NCBI GenBank assembly: GCA_020184695.1
Contig: JAANOX010000224.1
Location: 1 to 64,000, forward strand
Origin: Histomonas meleagridis 2922-C6/04-290x
Taxonomy: Eukaryota > Protista > Parabasalia
Direction of reading: 5' to 3'
DNA: 64,000 nt
In this document: one piece after another, positions 1 to 11,800 of the stretch
Numbering within the stretch: position 1 is the first letter of the stretch
Layout of the letters: each line of letters opens with the position of its first letter
The notes under the pieces: generated by a model
The model's database searches: none
What the model was told of the DNA's origin: nothing
What the model saw: the letters and a program-made list of their open reading frames with translations, nothing else
Program-made: the position numbers and the translations under genes

Positions 1-1563
1 AATATTTACCAAATCCAATTTCATATGATATAACTTCAAACAGTAAACTTTAGTTCCTGCAAATATATCAATCGCATATTTCACACATAACCATTGCCTA
101 TCTGATATCTCCTTACCTCCAATCATAGAATATTATAGAAACAAAGACACAAATGAACTTAATACATTTGGTAAATATAAAATAAGAAGTTAGATAATTT
201 TACAAAAGTCATATCCCACCAGAATTATTCTCTGAATTAATTGATCTCAAAATTACAAATTCTGGATCTTCATTCCGAATATATTTTCAATTTAATCAAA
301 AATTTAGGCTTACAAATACCCTTCCAATTTTCATTACACGAAAACATTAAGTGTAAAACACGTAGTTAAAATCGAACATAATCTGACTATTTATGTACAT
401 CACTGCCGATAGTGAGTAAACTATTCAAAAAGGCAACACCTCGAAAATTGCATTCATTCATGGATGAAATCTTATACAACAGAACAACATTGTGATTTAA
501 AAGGCAGAAACAACGACCAAAGGAAATGAAGATATTACATATTAATTTAAAGGCAGATTTGCATTTTCGAAGACATATCAAAAGTTCGAATACAATGAAA
601 AGTTATTAATGATCCAATATCATTTCCAATGGATTTAGAATTAGCAAAACCTGATGGAAATGGTACTGAAAAATACTCAAATGAGCACTGTATGCTATCA
701 CAATCAGGTCAACAATTAAATATAGAAAGTATAAAACATTTTGTTGCCGACTGCAAAGCTAGAAGTGGTTATTCTTTAGCGAAACAAGAAGTAGCATCTG
801 CCAAAGTCCGAAAGCAATATTCGAAAAGGAGTTAACATGGATGTTATTATGTACTAAACTTGAAGATGAAATTGATTGAAACTATAAATATTTGTTTGTA
901 TCAAAATAATAATTGATAAAATATGAATTTTATGCACACGTATCTCTAAACATTATCGAACACTTTCACTGTAAGGAAATTCCTCATTGTGTACAAACGA
1001 AAATCGCAACAGAGAATAGTGATTGGAGATTGATCATTAGCAATTCATTAAAATGGAAGGAAGCTAAGATAGTATTTGTATGGTAAAAATGGTAGATGCT
1101 AAATCCCTTCAATGGTTTCTTGTGCAAGTGATAGAGTCCTTGTTATTAAACCAGCTCAATACAAATATTGAACAAGAGATTCAACTAAGTTTGCAGATTT
1201 AAACCCCATTAAGCTTATCTCCACCAATAGCAGCATACATTGCATATTCCCACAACAATCAATTACCATGATTGAAAGATGCGCTTGCCTATGATCATGG
1301 TGATGGTACATTAGTTTTATCAGTAAGTGATATTAAAAGCAATTTTTGTTATTAACAGATCTTTCTATTAGTTTCGATATTGATGAAAAATGGCATCCCG
1401 CATGAACTGGGCATTCTGGTGTGACGGCTCAGCGGTGGAGAACATAACCAGTAACTTCAGTTGTATCGTGTATCACAAAAGTGCCAATACTTTGCGGATG
1501 TGACATAAAATCAAATAACTGGGTGAATTATTTTAGGTGAACCTAAATTAAAAATTCAATTTC

Positions 1564-3590
1564 TTAGTTTAGAATTGGGATGTGGAAGGTGATCTTGTTA
1601 CCAAAGTAGCGTTTTCGGAGTTGGATGCCTTGTGGTTGTTCGTTGTCATCTAATTGAACGTCTGTGATGGAGTAATCGCCGAATGTAACTGTTTCTTCAC
1701 CATCGAGCGTAGAAGAGTTCAAGGCTACGTTGCCTCTGATGAGGTCAGCGGCGAAGCAGATAACCTTCTTTGACAACGTTCCAGATCTTGCCCCAGTTCC
1801 ACTTGTTGGTTGATGGTTCTTCAACATCACCGAAGTCCAGCGATTTCCAGTGTGGACTGTAACTTTGACGCCATCTTCGTTTTGGAGAACAATGTTTCTA
1901 ACTTCATCGTTATCATCGACTTGGATATCAATAACCTTGAAGCCGTTGAAGACTGGTTGGCCGTTTTCTTCATCGAATGATTCGTCAATGAGAACGAAGA
2001 GCTTTTGAAGGAAGTTGACGACCTTCTTGATGCTCGTTCCAAAGTTTTCTTCCAGCTGAACTTGTTAGCAACTGGTGCTGAGTTGCTTCCGATAGAAATC
2101 TTAATCTTGATCTTGTTACCAGCTTCGTTTTCGAGCGTGATGCCTTGTGGTGTTTCCTTTTCGTCTAAGTCAACGTCTGTGCTTGAGTATCCACCGAGAA
2201 CTGGTTGTTCTCTCGCCATCCTTAGTTGTGAGTTCGAGGTTTCCTCGATGAGGTCAGCGACGAGCAGATAGCCTTGACTTTAACGTTCCAGATCTTGCTC
2301 CAGTTCCACTTGTTTTCTCCCTTCCATGAATGATTCTGATTCAGAAGTCAACGAGTGTTGTGTCGAGGATGATCTCAACACCTTCTTCGTTTTCAAGAAC
2401 GATCTTTGGTTGTTCAGTTTCTGTGAATTCGAGGTTTGTAACTGTGAATCCATTGAATTTGAATTCTTCACCATCTTCTTCGAAGGATTCGTCAATGAGA
2501 ACGAAGAGCTTTTGAAGGAAGTTGACGACCTTCTTGATGCCGTTCCAAAGTTTCTTCAGCTGAACTTGTGAGACTGGTGCTGAGTTGCTTCCGGATAGAA
2601 ATCTTAATCTTGATCTTGTTACCAGCTTCATTTTCGAGTGTGATGCCTTGTGGTGTCTTCTTCATCTAAATCAACATCTGTGATTAAGTAATCACCGAGA
2701 ACTGGTTGTTCTTCGCCATTCTAAGTTGTGAGTTCGAGGTTTCCCGTCTGATGAGGTCAGCGACGAAGCAGATAACCTCTTGACAACTTTCCCAGATCTA
2801 GCTCCAGTTCCACTTGTATCATCATCTAAAACGACTGTATCGAAACGGTGGAGTGTTGTGTCAAGGATGATTTGTGTCCTTGTCCGTTTTCAAGAACGAT
2901 TTCTTTGGTTTGTTATCTTCTGTTAATTGATGTCAATAACCTTGTAACCGTTGAATGAGAGACCTTCTTCTGTTTCCTGAATGATTCGTCCAATGAGAAC
3001 GAAGAGCTTTTGAAGAGAGTTGACGACTTCTTGATAGCGTTCCCAAAAGTTTCTTCCAGCCGAACTTGTTTGAATAGCAGCATTGTTTGGTGAACCGATT
3101 TCGACGTGGAAGATGGATCTTGTTACACAGTGATTTTTCCGAGTTGATGCCTTGTGGTTGGTCATTGTCACTCCATCTGTGTAACTTCTGTGATGGAGTA
3201 ATCGCCGAATGTAACTGTTTCTTCACCATCGACTGTTGAAAGTTCAAGGCTATTGCCTCTGATGAGATCAGCGACGAAGCAGATAACAACTCTTGGACAA
3301 CGTTCCAGATCTTGCCCTCAGTTCCATTTTGTTTGATGCTGGTTCTTCAACATCACCGAAGTCAGCGATTTCAGTGTGAACAAGAACTTTAACACCATCA
3401 TCGTTTTGGAGAACAATGTTTCTAACTTCATCATTATCATCTACTTGTACGTCAATAACTTTAAATCCATTGAATACTGGTTGGCCGTTTTCTTCATCGA
3501 ATGATTCGTCAATGAGAACGAAGAGCTTTTGAAGGAAGTTAACGACCTTCTTAAGACCGTTCCAAATGCCTTTCCAGTTGATCTTGTTTG
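1564..3590 (-). repeat. Four tandem ~510-nt coding repeats
   Basis: The block tcgtcaatgagaacgaagagcttttgaag recurs at about 1983, 2489, 2990 and 3507; cgttccagatcttg recurs at about 1778, 2284 and 3301. Confidence 0.9.
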
Positions 3591-3671
3591 GAATTGGATC
3601 CTTGAATTGTTTTCAACGCTTCCAATTAAAGCGAGGAAAAAGACAAATAACATAAATGACAATTTTGACAT
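1564..3671 (-). CDS. Secreted repetitive polyprotein (signal peptide + 4 x AB modules, each an amphipathic cationic helix followed by an acidic beta-rich domain); reading frame broken by many 1-nt indels
   Basis: Hydrophobic N-terminus MLFVFFLALIGSVEN. Joining frames of the overlapping ORF fragments gives repeated NK(I/F)(N/S)WKxxWNGxKKVVNFLQKLFVLI and NKWNWGKIWNVVKKVICFAADLIRG motifs. TAA at 1564-1566. C-ending codon bias. The frameshifts may be assembly errors or pseudogenisation. Confidence 0.65.
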
Positions 3672-3851
3672 TTATTTGAGAGGACTCATATTTCACTCAG
3701 AATTTTGAATCATTCAATTTCAAAGTTTTACGAGGCGGTTGAAAATTTGAGCTCACAAAGTTTGAACCCTTTTTTTTGGCACATTGCTTTTCAAAAGTGA
3801 AATTTCACTTGTCTTTTGACGATGACGTTAAAATAGGGTTGAAAAATCCAA

Positions 3852-4413
3852 ATGGAAGTGCAAATCAGTCAAAAACAACTAGAAGATCTTTACCATTGGA
3901 TTGACACGATTCCATTGTCGGGAGGAAGATCTTCCTAGAGTCTGATGCTGTATTGATATGGCTGAAGTAGAGCAATATCCAAATCTTGTTGATCTTTTTA
4001 ATTATGATCAAGGATTAAAAGTTGAGACAAAGGTGTATAATTGGAAAACTTTAAACACACGTGTCTTAAAAAAATTATCATATAATTTATCACCAGAAGT
4101 TATAAATAATCTTGCAAATGCGAAACCTGGTGTAATAGAAAAGGTTCTTTTTGATGTCAGAAATGTTATAAATAATAAAATTGAACAAGACCAAAATCCA
4201 TATGCAGATTTGATTAGTGATAATTCCATAGAAGAAGAAATTGAATCTGCAAAACATGAAACAAATAGAAAGGTTCTTGAAGCAAAAATTAAAGAAGTTG
4301 ATGAACAAAATCAATATATCAAAGAACTTGAAGAAAAAATAAGTAATATTGAAAAATTGATACAGACCAAAGATGAAAAAATTTTTCAATTATCAGATAG
4401 AGCAAAACGATGA
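3852..4413 (+). CDS. SPEF1: SPEF1/CLAMP-like CH-domain flagellar protein; 5' part frameshifted or corrupted
   Basis: ATG at 3852 gives MEVQISQKQLEDLYHWIDTIPLS. ORF 3958-4413 continues AEV..YPNLVDLFNY..KVYNWKTLNTRVLKKL..AKPGVIEKVL and ends in a coiled-coil tail. The two parts are out of frame. Confidence 0.75.
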
Positions 4414-4561
4414 AAAATACATTTCATAATATTTTGTAATAAATCATATAACTACATATATTTTTAGCAATTGAGAAATACGCGATATAAATCGTGAAAA
4501 AGCGAATTAGAAAAGAAATATGTTGAGATTTTTTGGTGTATAATGAAATGAGAAATGTCAT

Positions 4562-5911
4562 ATGAATTACAAGCGAACTGCAAAAAAGAAATTTTTTCAT
4601 GAAGAAATCAGAGCCATAACAAATCATGAAGAAACAAATGAATCAGATCTTCCAGCATACAGAGAAGATGATTTAGCATTTACCAAAATTCAACTCCCAA
4701 TTTTGGTCAATAACATTATTAATAGAAATGATGTCGAAAATACAATTACATATCTTTCAAAACTCACACAGCAAAAGTCATTTGCGTTAAATGATTTACT
4801 AATAGATGAAAATTTTTTAGCTCCATTATCAGAAATAATTACAAATTCCGATTATCCAGCTGAAATATCGGTTTATTTAATAATTTTTCTTCATAATATA
4901 TGGTATTATTCAAAACTTAATACACCAAATGTTTTTCATCCTAATTTAATTATTGCTTTCACAACTTTCTACTCATCTGAAAATCCTGTCATATTATCAT
5001 ATGCATACCATGCAACACTCATTTTAATTGATCATAGCTATAACTTTATACCTCTTCTAATTGAAAATGGAATAATTGATTCAATCGGTTGCTTTATTTC
5101 AAATAACGAAAATGACAAAGACTCTTTTCGGCCCATTCATATTATTTATGATTTTTACAAATACTTTGGCGAAAACAACGAAATTCTTGATCCATTAATA
5201 CCTTATTTTGCTAAATTCATTACAAGTCAACATGTTCCCCTTCGGGAAATGTCTACGCTTTGTATGGAACATGTCTTGAAATCGGAGCGATCTTTTCAAT
5301 TTGCAATGACAATACCAGATATACTCGAATTTTTTAAAAACGCCCAACTCCTTCGCCTCTTGTCTCAATCTGAGTCACTCTACCAGTGTTATATTTTTCT
5401 CTTTAAACATGGTGTTAATGAAATTTTTGTTGACACTTTTTTTGATGAGTTGCGAGAAACCGTTAAAAAATCCATCGATGAGAACAATCTGATTTACAGC
5501 ATTTATGAGTTCATTCGGCTAATTCTGCCTAATTATTGGAATGTTCTTAAGAACTATGGTTTTATTGATTTTTTCCTTGAAACTACACAAGACAGATGTA
5601 CTGAGCTGAAACTTGAATTCATTTCTTGTCTTGCAACATATGCATTGTCAGTTGATAATGCCGAGTTATTAGAATTTGGACAAAAAGGCGGATTTGAAGC
5701 TATAATCGAAATTATATATATCGGATATTCTCCTTATTTTTCGGTTTTCTTGAAAAGTTTGATTCGATTCTTGGCACTTGATAATTCTTTCGTTGAATTA
5801 GGAAATAATATTCAAATTCAAGATGCAATGGAGAGTATTGATACGGATGAACAGGAAATTCAAGAGTTGAAACAAAATATTTTGTCATATTATGTGGAAT
5901 CAGAAGAATAG
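4562..5911 (+). CDS. Hypothetical alpha-solenoid (ARM-like) protein, 449 aa
   Basis: Long open frame with helical composition; no recognisable motif. Confidence 0.7.
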   Translation: MNYKRTAKKKFFHEEIRAITNHEETNESDLPAYREDDLAFTKIQLPILVNNIINRNDVENTITYLSKLTQQKSFALNDLLIDENFLAPLSEIITNSDYPAEISVYLIIFLHNIWYYSKLNTPNVFHPNLIIAFTTFYSSENPVILSYAYHATLILIDHSYNFIPLLIENGIIDSIGCFISNNENDKDSFRPIHIIYDFYKYFGENNEILDPLIPYFAKFITSQHVPLREMSTLCMEHVLKSERSFQFAMTIPDILEFFKNAQLLRLLSQSESLYQCYIFLFKHGVNEIFVDTFFDELRETVKKSIDENNLIYSIYEFIRLILPNYWNVLKNYGFIDFFLETTQDRCTELKLEFISCLATYALSVDNAELLEFGQKGGFEAIIEIIYIGYSPYFSVFLKSLIRFLALDNSFVELGNNIQIQDAMESIDTDEQEIQELKQNILSYYVESEE

Positions 5912-6750
5912 AAAAAATCACTCGAAGATAATTCGTTTTCGTTTGTTAATAAAAATTCATCTGATGACATTTGTGTGACTTTCTTTAATGAAAAAGATGA
6001 TGTCGTTGATCGTATAGACATTTGTTCTTGATTTGAAATTTCTGAAAGTGAATCAAATTTCAACTTAGAAGTATATAACATATCAGAGCTATTCATGGAA
6101 CTATCAGAAATAACTTCCATTTGTGATTCTTCGATGAGATCTGGCTTTTGAATTTTTCTGAAAGATTGATTTTTATGTGGTTTGTTTTGATTGTGCTGCT
6201 TTTTCCTTGGTTCTTTTGTGATTTGATGAGGGTTTATTCCTTTGTTTCGAATTGATTTCCATTTTAGAAATATTTCAGAATGTTTTCTTTCAATATGTTT
6301 ATCAAGATATTTGATACTGCTAAAAGATCTGGAACAAATTGGACATTTTTCAATTTGTTTTAATTGGTTCTTTAAAAGATTTTGGGATTTTTGATTATAT
6401 TTTTTAAGTGAATGTATTTTTTGTTTTGCTAAAGAAAGCTCTGATTCAGATGTTGTTAATTTATTTAACAGACGCTTTTGAACATTGCTCATTAAAATTA
6501 ATGAAACCTGGAGAATTCGACAAAGTTTTCGAGATAACGGATGTGATAAAATCGATGAATCAGAATTAGAGAGATCTAGTCCAACAAAGTTTGTTAAAAA
6601 TGGTTGGATTCTGGTTATATCACCAGATTTTAAAATCAAATCTAGATCAATTGAAGATACAACAGACCAATCAATTAGCTCATCAAAGTTTGTGGTAGGA
6701 GTCTGACCTATTGAGACTGGTATAATTGGTAGAAGAACAGATCCCCACAT
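5890..6750 (-). CDS. DZIP1-like protein (Dzip-like N domain + C2H2 zinc finger)
   Basis: IDWSVVSSIDLDLILKSGDITRIQPFL..KLCRILQ, then a coiled coil and CPICSRSFSSIKYLDKHIERKH. Confidence 0.75.
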   Translation of the reverse strand: MWGSVLLPIIPVSIGQTPTTNFDELIDWSVVSSIDLDLILKSGDITRIQPFLTNFVGLDLSNSDSSILSHPLSRKLCRILQVSLILMSNVQKRLLNKLTTSESELSLAKQKIHSLKKYNQKSQNLLKNQLKQIEKCPICSRSFSSIKYLDKHIERKHSEIFLKWKSIRNKGINPHQITKEPRKKQHNQNKPHKNQSFRKIQKPDLIEESQMEVISDSSMNSSDMLYTSKLKFDSLSEISNQEQMSIRSTTSSFSLKKVTQMSSDEFLLTNENELSSSDFFYSSDST

Positions 6751-7259
6751 AAAAAGGTGAATTGGATTAACGTATTTAAACGTTCGGTAATAAAAAAAAG
6801 TTAATCACTGAACTGCATTTTTTACTTTAATAATATTGCTTCTTTATCATGCTTTTAAATTTGATGGCACATACTTAATCTTGACTTGTTACCAAAAAAT
6901 ATTTATCCAGTGTCCCTTAATTAACACTTTTCTGATTTATACAGCATGTATTATCAGAAAAATTAGGCAAATGCAAAATTAAGAAAGATATTTGGTTCCT
7001 TCTGAATAAAATTTATAAATAAAAAATAATTGAGAATTTTGCTATGGCAATAAGACTAAAATTCAAAAGAAACATATATAAAATTGATAGTGAATTTATC
7101 TAATCTGTTAAACAATTTTTATACATCGAATGAAACGATAAAATAATATGCAAAGTATAAACTTTTTAACTTAGTCAGATTGCATATTTTAACATCACAT
7201 GTTTTTTACGAGCATTCAAAAGGAAAGATTGAATGGTTGTAAAATAACATTTTGATAGG

Positions 7260-8657
7260 CCTAAACCATCGTCATAAAATGAATTCAAGACAGAAGCATT
7301 TGAAACATTCAGCCCAAGTACTCTTACAATAACTTTTTTAGAAGATTTGGAACAAAGCTCTAATTATAAAGATCAAATAAAACATATTATAATTGAGAAC
7401 GGTGTTGAAAATATTACATTTAATGATTTTAACTTTTTTACCTCTTTAATAACAATAGCAATTGGTAATTCAGTACGTTCAATTGAATATAGCCCTTTTG
7501 TGAGGCTTGTAAACCTTGAAATGATTAATGTATCTGAAGAAAACTTATTATTCAAGTGATACTAATGGAATTCTTTATGAAAAACATTTTAAATCATTGT
7601 TTTTTGTCCATTTGCAATGCCAATTAACTCTTTTATCATTCCAAATTCGGTAAATTCAATTGGTGATTCTGCATTTTATTCATGTAAAACATTAACAATT
7701 ATTACAATTACATGTTCAGTTACGTTAATTGGAACTGATGTATTTTGTCAATGAGATAATTTAGAAATACTCATCATTAACGAAGGTGTAAAAGCAATTG
7801 GAAATTTTTCATTTTACTATTGTTCATCATTAGCAAATATTACGGTTCCAAATTCAGTTTCTTCAATTGGAATGTCTGCATTTCGTGAATGCGATAAATT
7901 AAAAGCAATTATCATTGGTCAAGGTGTAACAGAAATTCAAAATTCTGAAATCTTGTTCATCATTAACAAATATTGCAATTCCGGATTCAGTAACTTCAAT
8001 TGGAGTTGAAGCATTTCGTGGATGCAATGATTTGGAAACAGTTATCATTGATGCATATAATGGAACAACATTTGGAGGACTTAATGTGTCAAAGGATCAT
8101 CAGTTGGAAAATGCGAACAATATCTCTGGCCGACGCACGCATTCGCGAAAACAAATACATTCACTAAGTCAAATGCATTCACTAAATCAAATGCATTCAC
8201 TGCATCATATATTTTGAGTGGAACATTTTCATATACATTTACTTTATATATAACTCAATCGTTAAAATTTCATTCATTTATATCGAATACAATCTTTAAT
8301 ACGATAATTAATTCATTTTCCACATATATTTATACTGAGTTTCTTTTTTATGGATACACAGTTCATAGATACTCCACATATTATTTGTATTATTCAAATT
8401 TCTTTACTATTCCACAAATTGATTCACAAATAAATAATAAATTACCAATGAATTTGTTAATTGGTATAATTTGTTGTTCAGTTATTGTGATTCTTTTAAT
8501 TATTGGAATTATTATTTTTGTTATTCATAAAAGTAAAAAATTAAATACAAAAGAAATGTCATGTGAATCATCAGATAATTTAAATCAAAGTGAACAATTA
8601 AATAAAAATTTCGATAAATATATTGGAAATGATAATGATCAATGGATAAAAGAATAA
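7260..8657 (+). pseudogene. BspA-type leucine-rich-repeat surface protein, disrupted
   Basis: Fragments IPNSVNSIGDSAFYSC, VPNSVSSIGMSAFREC and IPDSVTSIGVEAFRGC, an FTKSNAFT stalk repeat and a C-terminal TM helix (LLIGIICCSVIVILLIIGIIIFVI), with several stops and frameshifts. Confidence 0.75.
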
Positions 8658-8845
8658 TAAAAGTAATGTTTTGCGGTAGCTTAAGTTCATGAGAAATGAA
8701 ACATATGAATAAAATCTTTTTCATGATAAAATTTTTTATTATTATTAATGAAACAAAACGACATTATTTTGGGAACGTCAAGCGACCGTTATTACACCGA
8801 TACCAAAACTCTAACAGACCTGTTCAATTTCAAGTGTTCAGCCAA

Positions 8846-11800
8846 ATGACAGATCCTTCATACCAAAATCTTACATATGATTTAATAACATTAAACTTAC
8901 CTAACAGTAAACAATTAGTTCTCCTTGAAGAGGTAAAAAAGGTTCCGTCTGAACAAGTTCAAAAATTAACAGATTACATCGTTACTATTTGGAAAAAATA
9001 TCCTCTTCACCAAGAGGGTCTTCGTATTCTTCGTATTTTGAGTTCATTAAATGGTTTTGATAAATCTAAAATTGTACCTATAATATTTGAAATATTAAAT
9101 ATTATTGATAAGTCAAAGAAAGACCATCAATTTCTCTCTGCTTGTCGCTATGCATCCAAAATTTTAACAGTTAATGACATTCCATCAAAACCAACACTTC
9201 CTGTTTTTACTGTAATCCGTTTTATGAAAATAAATGATGAGTCATCACTTACAAAGTTTGCAGAAGAATTTGCTGAATGCCTTACAAAGGTCACCGATCT
9301 CCAACTTCCGTCATTTCATTATGCACATGCATTTTCTCTTTATCTTCCAAAAGATATTTACATGAAAACAGTAATTCCCCGTTTTGAACGTCAACTCCTT
9401 CGTGGCTCAGCTTCATTTCTTCCTGTTTGTACATACACACTACCTGAGATTGATCTTCCAGTTAATGAGAAATCAGCAGCATATACAATGTTATCAGAAA
9501 TATCATCAAAAGGTTCAAACTCACAGTCACTTAAACTTATTCAGCATTGTTCAAAATGTTTTAATACTAATGAACTTTTTTCAGCATCATTACGCCTTTT
9601 GACATCAGCTAACAACATTGAATCCAAAGTTGCGCTTAGCTCAGTAATTTCCAAGTTTGACTCAAGAAAATTAACAGGTGATTCATTACAAGAAGTTTAT
9701 AATCGTATTAAATCAGAACAAAACGCCGAAATTCAATCTAATTTAATCTTATCACTTAAGAACAAGGCCGATGAGTCATTTGACTTCATAAAATCAATTA
9801 AAATAACATCCGCTAATATTGACGCAGTCTGTGATGTTCTCATTAATTCAACAAAACAAAATGAAATTGTTGAATTCTTAAGACCATTATTTGGTTTATC
9901 TCCTTCTTCAGTTGCAAGAGTAATATTACAAAAAGGTTTCGAAAAATTAAGTAATGAAGAATTATCAAGTGTTATTTCGCAAACAAAGAATATTTCCGCA
10001 AGATTTGAAGCATTAATTCTTGATAATCAAATGGATAAATGCATTGAAATGATATCAAAGTCAACAATTCAATACATGCCGATAGCATTAACGTTCTCGC
10101 CGACCGTTTTGAAGCCGTTTATATATTCAATGATTTATTCCGAGGCGGTTTCAAACAAAGTGTTAATTCAATTTAAACATATCGTAAAGAATTCAAAACA
10201 GAATTTTGATGAAATAACATTAGCAATATTTTGTCCAGAAACTACAAAGCCTGAAATTGTACCAAAGCTTTTAGAATTAATACCAATTCGAGGAAAACTT
10301 GCAGGAGATGCATTATCATATGCAGGATTTACTAAAGAACAACATGAATATGTCAAGAACACATTTGATAAATATTTTGAAGATCCACTTTCAGAAGAAG
10401 ACACATTAATATTATTAAACAATGAACAAAACGAAGTCTTTGAAAAGCATTCATCAGCGGAAAAATACAATGAAATAAAAGAAGAAATATTACATCCAAC
10501 AGCGAAATCGAATTTACCACAACTCAAGAAACAAATTGAAAAAGTTAAAGTTAAAACAATTACAAATCAACAACAAATTCGACAAAACTTAAATCAAACT
10601 AAAGTTAAACCAATTAAAGATTGTGTTAACTTATTAATATCACATTATCATAACTTAAAACGTCCAGTCACAGCATCATTAACAACATTTACATCTGATT
10701 TAATTAAGTTACGCGAGAATGAAATCTTTTATGATATCATTAATGAATGTCTTTTATCAAGTTTCAATCGAGTTAATGCATTTCGATCAATACCTAAAAC
10801 TATATTACAAATATTAACCACAAATAATGAAGATATTGATTCTAATTTATTAAATTATTTAATTCCAAGTAATAAATTAACAGATGTATTATTACATTTA
10901 ATCTCAAGTGATTTACCAGCATTACTTAATAGTGAATTCCGATCTAAATTATGTGATACAGAAGCAATTACATCAGAGACAAACATTGAAATATTATTAC
11001 CGATTTATCTTGAACATTCGAATATTAGTGATGACATTTTAGAGTTTGCAATAGCAATGTGTGTTGATATATCAGCAACACGATTAAAAGTAGCATTTGA
11101 ACATTTATTAGATGATAATGAAATGATTCGAATCTGTTCATTAAATTGTATTGCAGTATCTAATTTTGATGTTCCTATAACATCGAAATTAGTTTGTATA
11201 TTTAATATTTGTGGCGTTTCTAATCAAATGGCATTAGATTTAATGGAAAGAATTAATGCACCAAAATTAGAACCAAATGAAATTATTAATAATTATTTAG
11301 AATTATTTAATATTAATTCCAAAGATTTGGCATTAACACGTGATATAGGTATATCATTTGGATTAATGATGGAAGAACATAAAGAATTAGCATTACGATT
11401 CTTAATTTCTTTATATAAGAAGAACATTGAAAAGACAGAAGTCTTTAATATACCAAAACAAAATAATGTTCGATTAGCTATATCATATTCATTTTTACAA
11501 TTAAAACCAATGTCAACTGAATCAATTGATTTTGTTTCACTTGTAACATTAAAAGATTCAATTGATACAGTACGTAAAAACATGACTGAAGTTTGTGAAT
11601 ATTATATTAAATCATATAAGAAAGAAGATTTATCACATTTATTTAACTTATTCTTTGACCCATTAAATTTACCACCAGTTTCATCAATTGAAAACAATAG
11701 ATTAAGAATTTGTTTATGTCATTTATGTAATAAAATCCTTGAAATTGATCCACAATTTTCAGATCAATTTTTAGATTCATTAATTAATTATAATATTCGT

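Noticed and set aside
1-1560. Degraded coding-like sequence on both strands
   Set aside because: It looks like decayed ORFs with many stops, but I could not assign any family.
8696-8845. N-terminal extensions given by the ORF track (GCN1, ABC pair, eIF4E, PLAA, PKA and others)
   Set aside because: Most start at TTG/GTG or run through AT-rich intergenic DNA. Downstream ATGs fit family N-termini or Inr positions better.
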